Source: Nitrosospira multiformis ATCC 25196 | GTDB taxonomy: Bacteria > Pseudomonadota > Gammaproteobacteria > Burkholderiales > Nitrosomonadaceae | Assembly (NCBI RefSeq): GCF_000196355.1 | Contig: NC_007614.1 | Coordinates: 2,070,001-2,102,000, forward strand | Reading direction: 5' to 3' | Length of the DNA stretch: 32,000 bases | Shown here: positions 19,921 through 31,900 of the stretch, in pieces | How the letters are laid out: every line of letters starts with the position of its first letter | Numbering within the stretch: the stretch's first letter is position 1 | The notes under the pieces: generated by a model | What the model was told of the DNA's origin: nothing | The model's database searches: none | The model's input: only the letters and a program-made list of their open reading frames with translations | Program-made: the position numbers and the translations under genes

Positions 19921-22900
19921 TTATAGAACCTTCGAGGGAATTGCTGTCCTGGCACTCTCAAATCGAAGCGTACTTTCCATCCCGATAAACAACGCTTCTG
20001 CCCGTATGATCGAAAAGTGATCGGTATCGATTTCGTTTTCGGACAATTCAGGCTGGCCTGTTTGCCTTGAAAGAGCCAGCCGATCGGACAAGGGGCGGGT
20101 CGCAATCCACCAGCAGGTGGGTTGGATGTTCAAGCAGCCTAATTCCGAAGCCTGGGCAGCAAGCGCTTTCAAGTGCCGCGCGATGCCAAAGATACGAGCC
20201 AGTTCGCTTGCTCCCAGATCCGCATACCCGCCACGCTTCTTTTTCGTAGACGAAGGTGCACCTTCCGGCGAAACAGCATCTTCCGAAGCCTGCATGGCGG
20301 AAATCAATTCATCCAGTAAACCGGCCAAAGTTTCTTCCGATGGCTGCTTCAAGGATTGCAGACAACTCTTTTGATTTCCATCAGGAAAAACTCCATCCGC
20401 GCCATCGATTTTCGCTCCGGGCAGCACCACGGAAACAAAATCGGAAAAATCCTGTCGCCAGTCATCGGGCTCGGGTTCGTCTATGGCGGGAATGAAGGAA
20501 TCGATGAGACCCAGAAACGCCACCTCCTGCCCCTCCGCCTCCAGTAACACAGCCATCATGGCTGCAAGAGTGCCGCCGAGGGACCACCCTGACAGATGGT
20601 AGGGCCCCTCCGGCTGCGCCCGGCGAATGATCTGGACATAATCTGCCGCCATCTGGGCGAGAGAAGTATCGCGGTGTCCAGGATCAGAGAGCATGCGGCA
20701 AGGTATTCCATAGACCGTGCGCGTACCCTGTAGATGCCGTGCAAGCGGCTGGTAGTCGAACACAGTGCCCAAACCGGCATGGATGCAGAATAACGGTTCG
20801 ACTTTCGCTTTTTCGTCGCGCTGGTTTAACAGCAGCAGTGGCTGTGTTTTGCCGGGGGCTTCAACGTCCAGGCCGAGCAAACCGGCAATGGTCGGGCGCT
20901 GCATCAGATCCCGCAACTTGAAATCGAATTTCAAGCCGGGCAGGTTGCGCATTCGGGCCATGACTTTCAGGCTGGAGAGCGAATCTCCGCCGAGGGCGAA
21001 GAAGTTGTCCGTCTCGCCTACCCGTTCCACGCCCAGCACCTCCTGCCAGATCTGCGCCAGAAGCCTCGCTTCCGAAGTAGAGGGTGCTCGATAAGTGTCG
21101 GCAGCAACCGCATCCGGCTCCGGTAATGCACTGCGGTCAAGCTTGCCACTGGGCAGTCGGGGCAGCTTGTCCAGGATGACGATATGCGCGGGCACCATGT
21201 ATTCGGGCAGCCGCCTGACAAGTTGCTGCTTCAGCGTGCTTCCCAGCCCCGCACTCCCCTTCCGGACTGGTGCAACCATCCCCGTCGTCTCCTTCGGCGC
21301 GACATAAGCGGCGAGTTGCGGTCCTCCCGCCCCTTCCCGAACAACGACTGCAACATCGGTCAGTCCGGTAAGCTCACGTATGCATGCCTCGATTTCGCCC
21401 AGCTCGATCCGGAACCCCCGAATCTTCACTTGATGGTCAGCACGGCCGATATATTCGATATTGCCATCATCCAGCCAACGCACCAGATCACCCGTGCGGT
21501 AGAGCCGCCCGCCATTCCCGTCGAATGGGTCGGCTACAAAGCGCTCCGCTGTCAGTCCCGCTCGTCCCAGGTACCCGCGAGCAAGGCCATAGCCGCCGAT
21601 GTACAATTCTCCAACCCTGCCTATGGGTACCGGCTGCATATCGAGGTCGAGAACATACGCCGTCCGTTCTCCCACGGGTCTGCCGATGGGTGCGTAGGCG
21701 CAATCGAAACTGTTGCTTGCCTCCGTCTTCCAGATCAATGGGGTAACTACCGTCTCGGTGGGTCCGTAACCATTGATCAGAATGCGAGGCCGCAAAGTCT
21801 TTCGCACCAGGTCGTAGGAAGCCTTGGGCATGGCTTCGCCTCCGAAGACATAAAGCTCTACCGGGGGCGGATCGCTGCGGGGCGCAGCCCATTCGGCAAC
21901 CTGGCCTAGGTAAGCGGGTGGAAATGCTGCATTGGTAATGCCATAGCTGTGCAAAGCGTCGTATGTCTGCTCCGCGGTCCACAGTTCCTGGTCGCGCACT
22001 GCCAGGCCGGCACCGACTGTCAGTGCGGTCAGCCAGCGCTCATGTGCGCCATCGAATGAGAATGACATGAAGAGCAGCTCGCATGAGTGCGGCGTCATAC
22101 CGTAAATTCCCGCCGTCGCTTGGCAGTGCATGCTCAGGGGACCGTGCGCGACTGCCACTCCCTTGGGAAGCCCGGTCGAGCCCGATGTGTAGATAATGTA
22201 AGCCAGATTATGCTCATGGAGGGGAATGTCGGGGTTAGAGCCTGATTCCGCCGTCAGATCCAGCGAATCCAGCAACCACACCTGCACTCCAAAGCCGCTG
22301 CCGAGCTTGGCGAGCAACTTCTCTTCCGTCAAAAGGAGTGACATGCCACTGTCGTTCACCATGAAGGACAGGCGCTCTACCGGATATTCGGGATCGAGTG
22401 GTACATAGGCCCCGCCAGCCTTGAGCACGGCCAGCAGCGTGACAATGACCTCGAGCGAGCGTTCCATCGCCACTCCTACTCTCACTTCCGGTCCCACACC
22501 CATACGGGCGAGATGGTGCGCCAGCCGGTTTGCCCGCTCATTCAACTCCGCGTAGGATAATTCCTGCTCACCCATGAGCAGCGCAATCGCTTCAGGGTGG
22601 TGTTCCGCGTTCTGCTCTATCAGGTTGTGCACAAACTGACGCGAAAGCCGCGAGGGCAAGGTTTCCAAATGCGCATTGGATCCGAGAGAAAGGAGGTGCC
22701 CAATCTCTCTTTTTTCCATCCACCCCAGCTCTCCCACACGCCACTCCGGATGAGCCATCATTTCCCTCATCAGGAATTCCATTTGGCTGCGAAGACCGAG
22801 CACGAATGCTTCCGTAAAGTCTCCACACCCGTAGCAGTACTCGATTTCCAACCTGTCGCCCACCACGACCTGTAAGTCCATCGCGTATCCGGTCAACCCT

Positions 22901-25900
22901 TTGCCCTCTATTTCGCCGAAACGAAGACCATAAAGTTCGTTGCCGCGCAGCGCCTCGTCTATCGGGTAATTCTCGAATACGACAATGCTGTCGAATAAAG
23001 GCTGTCCGGGTGAACCGGCCCACCGCTGAATTTCGGCGAGCGATGCGTGCTCATGCTCACGCAGCCTGGCATTCGTTTTCTGCAGCAGGTCGAGATATTC
23101 TGCGACTGTCAGCTCACTTCGGTGCTCGACCGGAACCGGAATGGTATTGATGAACATTCCCATGATTTCGTCCGATTTGAGGAGACTATGGGGACGTCCT
23201 GCTACCGTCGCACCGAACACAACGGTGTCCTTGCCGGTGTGGCGCTGCAAAAGCAAGGCCCACGCGGCCTGCACGAAGGTGTTGAGCGTTATCTGCTGCC
23301 GTTGCGCGAAAGCCTTCAATCGACGCGTTTCGTTCTGACCCAGGAGGGTATAAATCTGGGCAAATCCTGCACAGCTTTCCTGCCCCTCCGGTCCCTCTGT
23401 CTTGCCAACTGTTTTCCGCAGCAAAGTGGGGCCATCGACCGCCTGAAGCTCACCCTGCCAGAAGTGTCGAGTCGCTTCGGCGTCCTGTTGCGCGAGCCAC
23501 CGTATGTAATGACCGTAGTCCGGCCCTACGTCGCGAAGCACCTTTCCGTCGTAGCAGCGCAGCCATTCGCTGATAAGCAGGGAATCAGCCCAGCCATCGA
23601 GCAGTATGTGATGGCGGGTCCATATCAGCTGATAACGGTTTTCAGCCAGGCGTATGAGAGCAAATCGCGCCAAGGGTGGCGCAAGAAAATCGAATTCCCG
23701 TTTCAACTCTTCTTCCGCATAAGGGGTAACACGGGAAGCCGTCTTATCCAGACCACGCCAGTCGAGATGAATCACCGGTACCTCGACCTTTCTGAATACA
23801 ATTTGCAGCGGGCGCCCGAGACCCGCTTGCCACAGGAAACCGGTGCGCAATATCGGATGACGAGCCACCATTTCCCGCCAAGCCCGCGTGAAGCGCTCCG
23901 GGTCCAGACCTTGCACTTCAACGCTGAGCTGGTTTACATAAAGCCCCATTCCGTCCCCTGCCGTTTCCAGGGTATGGAACAGCATCCCTTCCTGGGTGGG
24001 TGACAAAGGATAAACGTCTTCAATTTCATCCTCATCCAACGCAAGACCAGCAATCGTGCCGGCATTCAAATAGTCATGCAGATGACCTCGCTGCGGCTTG
24101 AGCAGAGCTGCCACCGTTTCCTGTATCGTCTCAGCCACTTCTGCCAGTGACGCGATGGTCTGGCGCTCGAACAATTGGCGTGGCGTGATCTTCCAGCCGA
24201 CACGGCGTGCCCTGGTGACAATCTGGAGACTGAGTATGGAATCGCCTCCCAGCTCGAAGAAGTTGTCATGCCGCCCCACCTGCGCCACACCCAGCACCTG
24301 CCCCCAGATACCCGCCAGCACCTCTTCCGCCTCTCCCTGCGGCGCCTCATAATGCTCCGTATGCGTAAACTCCGGCTCAGGCAAGGCCTTGCGGTCTACC
24401 TTGCCGCTCGGATTGAGCGGCAGACTCTCCAACACCACAATCATTGAGGGCAGCATGTAGTCGGGTAAGGTTCTGGCAAGCGCTTCGCGCAGTCGTGCTG
24501 CGTCCAAATCGGTCGTTGCATGGGCAGAAACATAGGCTATCAGCCGCGCTCCCCCTGTTGGATTGGATGCATTGGATCCTTCCCTCGCAACCACCACCGC
24601 TTCCCTGACTTCCGGCTGCGCCAGCAATTGCGTTTCGATTTCACCCAGTTCAATGCGGAATCCCCGTATCTTGACCTGATGATCCAGCCGCCCCAGGTAT
24701 TCGATCTGCCCGTCCGAGCGCCATCTTGCCAGATCCCCCGTGCGGTAGAGCCGCCCCCCTGTCTCATCGAAGGGATCGGCTATGAAACGGTCCGCCGTCA
24801 ATCCTCCACGGTTGAGATAGCCGCGGGCCAAGCCAATGCCACCCAGATACAGCTCTCCTGCCACTCCTTGCGGTACTTGGTTAAGATGAACATCGAGAAT
24901 GTATGCTTGGAGACCAGAGATCGGTTTTCCGATAGGCACGCTATTGTCCCTATCGTCAACACATTCCCATTGCGTGACATCGATTGCCGCTTCGGTCGGC
25001 CCGTAAAGGTTGAAGAGCCCCACGCCAGGGAGTTTTCTGAAAACCTGTTTCTGCACTTCCGCCTGCAGTGCTTCCCCACTGCAAATGATGCGTCGTAGAG
25101 TAGCAACGCATGCCTCTATTCCCTCATGCGCAAGAAATGCCTGTAGCATGGATGGAACAAAATGCAGGGTAGTCACGTTCTGGCGCAGGATTAGAGAGAG
25201 CAGACGGGCTGGATCACGGTGATCACCAGGCGCTGCGATGGCAAGACGTGCTCCGTACATCAATGGCCAGAAAAATTCCCAGACCGAAACGTCAAAGCTG
25301 AAAGGCGTCTTTTGAAGAACGGTATCGTCGTTACCCAGTTCGTATGCTTCCTGCATCCAGGCCAGGCGGTTATACAGAGCAAGGTGACGGTTGCCAGCTC
25401 CCTTTGGTTTACCTGTGGAGCCTGAGGTATAGATGACATAGGCAAGGTTGTGTCCATGCAGGACGGCTTGCGGATTGCTGTCGGATTCATCCTCGAGGTC
25501 GAGCCTGTCCAGCTCCAGCACCGGATATTGGCCGGAGTGGGGAATGCGCGATCGAACCCCGCTTTGCGTCAGCAGCAGCCCGATGCCACTGTCTGCCACC
25601 ATGTAGGCCAGCCGCTCCTGCGGATATTCCGGGTCGAGCGGCACATACGCCCCGCCCGCCTTCAGGGTGGCAAGCAACCCCACCACCATGTCGATCGAGC
25701 GCTCCACCGCAATGCCTACCTTGACCTCCGGCCCAACCCCGAGCCTGATCAAGCGGTGCGCCAGAAGGTTCGCCCTTCGGTTCAGCTCGCCATAGCTCAA
25801 TTCGGCATCGCCAAAGATCAGGGCAACCGCCCCCGGCTGGACTTCAACCTGCCGTTCGATCAGCCTGTGCACGGGCTCGGTATTGGCGTAGCGCTGCTCG

Positions 25901-28900
25901 TTGATCCCCCAGGCCTTGAGCTGCGCCCGCTCGGCTGCACCAAGGATGTCGATGTCGCCAAGGCTCTGGGGCGAGTTGGTGGGAGTAGCGGCAATCCTGT
26001 CGAGGAGTCTGTGGAGCTGCGCTGCAATGGATTCCACCGTCGTTCGCGAAAAATATCTGCAATCGTAACTGTAGCCCAGCGACAGCATGGTATTCTGCAT
26101 AACCGATACCATCATCGGATAATTGCTGCTCTCGCGATTACGGATATTGGAAAAGGCAGGGCCGCCCGGAGTGGATTCCCGCAACGCCTCATCCATGGGA
26201 TAGTTCTCGAACACGAGAATGCTGTCGAATAATCCCTGCCCGCTTTGTCCCAGCCAGCGCTGGATTTCATACAAAGGTGTTTGCTCGTGTTCGCGCGAGG
26301 CAAGGTTCTGCGCTTGCAGGTCGCGCAGCCATGCGCCGACCTGGTGCTCGGGCTGGAGCGTTACGGACACGGGAAGCGTATTGATGAACAATCCCAGCAA
26401 GTGCTCCGCTCCTGGCAGGTCGGCCGGCCTTCCCGCCACCGTGGCGCCAAAAAGAACAGTTTGCTTCCCGGTGTACCGGCTCAGCAAGATCGCCCAAGCG
26501 GCCTGTATCAGCGTGTTGAGGGTGACACGTTCGCGCCGGGCGAATTGAATCAACCCCTCGGAAAGAGAGAGCGGCAGTTCAGTGATATGCTCCCCGAAAT
26601 GCTCTTCATGATCGGAATTTCCCCGGTGTGCAGGCAATGTCACCGCCAGCCGCGTTGGCTCCCGGATGCCCTTCAGTCGCTCCCTCCAGTATGCTTCGGA
26701 AACTTCCACATCACGGCGCTGCAGCCATTCGATAAACCTGCGGTATTCGCCTCTGCCCCGTAACGCTTCCTGAGCCGGGGAAAATCTTCCGGCATATCGC
26801 CGCAATACTTCCCCGGCCAGTTGGGAAGTGCTCCATCCGTCAAGCAGCAAGTGATGGATCGTCCAGATGAAGTGATACCGGTCGTCCGCCAGCCGCACCA
26901 GTGCAAAGCGCATGAGTGGAGGTTTGGCGAGATCAAAACCCGAGGCATATTCCGCCTGGGCCAATGCCTCAAGATCGCGCTCCCTATCCTCTCTATGCTC
27001 CTTATCCTCCCTGGCCCGCCAGTCGTGTTCCACAAATGGCAGCTCGACAGACTTGGCTACCCATTGCAGGGGTTTGCTGTCCTGAGTCACGAAACCTGTC
27101 CGTAACACTGGGTGGCAAGCCATCGCATCCTGCCACGCAGCCTTGAAACGAGTTGCCTCCAGTCCCTCGATATCGGCCCTCAACTGATTGAGGTAAACAC
27201 TGTGGTCGTCCCTGTCGAATACGCTGTGGAAAAGTATGCCCTCCTGCAATGGAGAAAGCGGATAAAGGTCTTCAAGCTGTGCGGCGGCTACGGGCAGACT
27301 GTCCAGCTCGCGCTGGGTGATTTCGACCAACGGGAAATCAGAAGGGGTAAGGCCTTGTATGCCACGGGTGCAATGGGCAATCAGCGTTTCAAGCTCAGCC
27401 TGGTAAACGTTCATGAATGCCTCAATTGTCGTCCTGTGGTAACGCGCGTCGCTATAGCTCACCGTAAGACACAGTTCGCCCTCGTAAACATGACCATTTA
27501 TGGAAATATCATGACTGAGAGGCGCATTTTCATCGATCAGATCCCCTGTCGATTCGGTCGCCAACGTCCAGAGCGCGCTTTCGTCGAAACTCGCATCCAG
27601 TTGCCCCAGGTAATTGAATACGACTTCAGGCCTGGGCAGGGATGCCAGGACTTCACGCTGTTCGGACGTGCCGTGATACTTGAACAGGCCGTAACCCACT
27701 CCCTTGTTCGGTACCCTCCGCAGATCTTCCTTGATGCGCTTGATTCTCTGAGCCAGGTCTCCGGCTGGGTCGAGCAACACGGGATAGAGGGTGGTAAACC
27801 AGCCGACCGTTTGTGAAAGGTCGATATCGTATAAATCTTCCCGGCCATGGCCTTCAAGATCGATCAGGATTTTCTTATGGCCGCTCCACCGGCAGAGGGC
27901 GCTTCCCAGGGCGGTAAGCAACAGATCGTTTACGTGAGTACGATAGGCTGCGGGCGCCTCCTTGAGCAAGGCGCGGGTCTGGGCCTTGCCCAGCTTGAGC
28001 ACAGCATCGCGCTGGTGACAGACGAAGCTCGCGCCCTCGGGGTTATCGCAGGGCAGTATGACCGGCACTCCCTTCAAGCTTCGCCAGTAAATCAGCTCTT
28101 CCCTGTTTTCATGTACATAACGCTGCAGCCGCGCGCTCCATACCTCATAGCTCCCCGATTTTTCGGGTAATGCGATGATTTGGGCATTCCGGGCCTGACT
28201 ATAGGCGCTCTGCAAATCCTCGAGCAGGATACGCCAGGAAACACCGTCGATCACAAGATGATGAATGACCAGCAGCAACCGCTGGCTGCGATCGTCCATA
28301 TCGAAAAGCACGGCACGCAGCACCGGGCCTTCCACGAGATTCAGGCTGCGCTGCGCCTCGTTGCACAGTGCTTCCAGATCGGCGTCGGCAGAAGCTTTGC
28401 GCACCCATAATAAATCAGCAGCGATCGATTCCCCACAAGACTGCTGCCACTGGCTCCTTTCATTTCTGATGAAGCGGAAACGAAGCGCATCGTGGTGGCG
28501 CACCACGGCTTCCAGTGCCTCTCCAAGATGTGCAGGATTCAAATACTCGCGGCTTCTCAGGAGCGCTGCCTGGTTCCAGTGATGTCGCGCGGGAATTTCC
28601 CGTTCGAAAAATTCAGCCTGAATAGGCAGCAGCGATAGAAGTCTTCCCGAGCCTCCGCCGCTCAATCCTTCTTTCGATTGCGCGCTTGCGATTGGGGCTA
28701 GGGTAGCGATGGTTGCATCCTGAACCTCGAGTGCCATTGCCACCGCCGCCAACGAAGCGATGGTCTGCCGCTCGAACAATTGGCGTGGCGTGATCTTCCA
28801 GCCGGCGCGGCGCGCCCGGGTGACGATCTGGAGACTCAGTATGGAATCACCCCCTAGCTCAAAGAAGTTGTCATGCCGTCCCACCTCTGCCACACCCAGC

Positions 28901-31900
28901 ACCTGCCCCCAGATGCCCGCCAGCACCTCTTCCGCCTCTCCCTGCGGCGCCTCATAATGCTCCGTATGCGTAAACTCCGGCTCAGGCAAGGCCTTGCGGT
29001 CTACCTTGCCGCTCGGATTGAGCGGCAGACTCTCCAGCACCACAATCATCGAGGGCAGCATGTAGTCGGGTAAGGTTCTGGCAAGCGCTTCGCGCAGTCG
29101 TGCTGCGTCCAAATCGGTCGTTGCATGGGCAGAAACATAGGCTATCAGCCGCGCTCCCCCTGTTGGATTGGATGCACTGGATCCTTCCCTCGCAACCACC
29201 ACCGCTTCCCTGACTTCCGGCTGCGCCAGCAATTGCGTTTCGATTTCACCCAGTTCAATGCGGAATCCCCGTATCTTGACCTGATGATCCAGCCGCCCCA
29301 GGTATTCGATCTGCCCGTCCGAGCGCCATCTTGCCAGATCCCCCGTGCGGTAGAGCCGCCCCCCTGTCTCATCGAAGGGATCGGCTATGAAACGGTCCGC
29401 CGTCAATCCTCCACGGTTGAGATAGCCGCGGGCCAACCCGATGCCACCCAGATACAGCTCTCCCGCTACGCCCGCCGGAACCGGGTTCAGATCGGAGTCG
29501 AGAATATAGGCGATCCGGTCACCGACAGGACAACCGATGGGCATGTAGGCGGACTCGAATCCTGTTCCGGGATAGGCTTTCGAAATGAGGGGTGTAATGA
29601 CTGTTTCGGTCGGGCCATAGCCGTTGATGATGCGAGGCGGCTGAAGCGTTGTCTGTACAAAATCAAAGCTGGCGCGACTCATGGCTTCGCCACCAACCGT
29701 ATACGAACGGATCGGCAAAGCGCGTCCCGCAGTACCCAGCAGCTCTGCCATCTGGTGCAGATAGTTCGGGGTAAAACAGGCTATGGTTATCCGATGCTTT
29801 ACAATCTCCGCCACAGTTCGTTCGACGGACCAGAAATCATTATCACGCGGCATCAGCGCCGATCCGAAGGCAAGGGGCACAAGCCAGCGTTCATGCGCGC
29901 CGTCGAAGTTGATCGAGGCGAACTGAAGTTCCCTATCCATGGTCGTCATGCCATAAGCCTTGCCTATGGACTGAACATGCATCGACAGAGGCTCGTGGGT
30001 GACGCTCACGCCCTTTGGTTTACCTGTGGAGCCTGAGGTATAGATGACATAGGCAAGGTTGTGTCCATGCAGGACGGCTTGCGGATTGCTGTCGGATTCA
30101 TCCTCGAGGTCGAGCCTGTCCAGCTCCAGCACCGGATATTGGCCGGAGTGGGGAATGCGCGATCGAACCCGGCTTTGCGTCAGCAACAGCCCGATGCCAC
30201 TGTCTGCCACCATGTAGGCCAGCCGCTCCTGCGGATATTCCGGATCAAGCGGCACATATGCTCCGCCCGCCTTCAGGGTGGCAAGCAACCCCACCACCAT
30301 GTCGATCGAGCGCTCCACCGCAATGCCCACCTTGACCTCCGGCCCAACCCCAAGCCTGATCAAACGGTGCGCCAGGCGGTTCGCCCTTCGGTTCAGCTCG
30401 CCGTAGCTCAATTCGACATCGCCAAAGATCAGGGCAATCGCTTCCGGCTGGACTTCAACCTGCCGCTCGATCAGCCTGTGCACGGGCTCGGTATTGGCGT
30501 AGCGCTGCTCGTTGATCCCCCAGGCCTTGAGCTGCGCCCGCTCGGCTTCACTGAGGATGTCGATGTCGCCAAGGTTCTGCTGCGGATGCTCGGCCAGTTG
30601 CTCCAGAAGAAGCAGATAATGGTTGCCAAGCCGCCCAATGGTGGCAGGTTCAAACAGCTCGGCGGCATAGGTGAAGGTGGCTTCCAGCCTGCCATCGGGC
30701 TGCTCGACCGTATCCAGGGTCAGTTCGAACTGCGCCGCCTGCTCGCTCAGCTCGTGATTTTCCACCTTGAGCCCGGGCAATTGCTCGAGTGCCCGGTAGT
30801 CTTCGCGCAGGTGGTTGTACATGACCTGAAACAGAGGATTCTGATTCAGGTTGCGTTCGGGTTGCAGGGCTTCAACCAGTCGCTCGAACGGCAAATCCTG
30901 GTGGGTCTGGGCACCCAGCGCTGCTTCCCGCGTCTGATCGAGCAACGTATGCAGGGACATGCGCCCATCCATGAGGGTGCGCAATACCTGGGTATTGACG
31001 AAGAAGCCGACGATGTTTTCTATTTCAGCCCGATGCCGGTTGGCAATCGGCACGCCCACGCGGATATCCCGCTGGCCGGTATAGCGATAGAGCAGGCCTT
31101 GAAAGCCCGAGAGCAGCGCCATGAACAGGGTCGCTCCCTGGCTTTGCGCCTGACGCTGCAAGCGTGTAACCAGACCCGCAGGTAATGTGAAGGTGTGGCG
31201 CGCCGCACGGTAACTGGCCCTGGAAGATCGGGGGTGATCGGTGGGCAATTGCAATACCGGGTGCTCTTCCCCCAACTGGCTGCGCCAGTAGGCCAGCTGG
31301 CGCTCTTTTTCTCCCGCTTCCAGCCAGTTGCGCTGCCATATCGCGTAATCGGCATACTGGATCGGCAGGGCCGGCAGGGAGGGTTCCTGCCCCTGTTTCT
31401 CCCCCTCCTGCTCCTGCTGCACCCGTGCCCGATAGTGGGCGGCAAATTCGTCAATGACAATGCGGTTGGACCAGGCGTCCGAGATGATGTGGTGCATCAC
31501 CACCACGAGAAGATGTTCTTCCGCTGCAATGCGGATGAGGGCAACCCGAAGCAGCGGGCCTTGCGTCAGATCAAAGGGCGTGCCGGCTATCCGGCCCGCT
31601 TCTTCACCGGCTTGCGCTCTGGCTTGTTCCAGCGGCAGTCCGGAAAAGTCGGTCAGCGGAATTTCAAGCCGCGGCTCGTCTTCGATGATCTGCTCCGGCA
31701 ACCCTTCCGAATTGACCCTGAATATCGTACGCAACGACTCATGCCGCCTGCCCAGCGCCGCAAAGCTCCAACGCAGCGCTTCAATATCCACCCTGCCCGT
31801 CAGCCGCAATCCCCCGCTCAAATGATAAGCCGTGCTCAACGGCTCCAATTGCCATAAAAACCAGTGACGCTCCTGTGCGTATGAGAGTGCGCTACGGTTT

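Noticed and set aside
29125-31185. Long + strand ORFs (303 aa and 374 aa) opposite the NRPS, and their near copies at 24520-26232
   Set aside because: They arise opposite the duplicated A-domain blocks. Their similarity to each other reflects the NRPS repeat, not a gene family.
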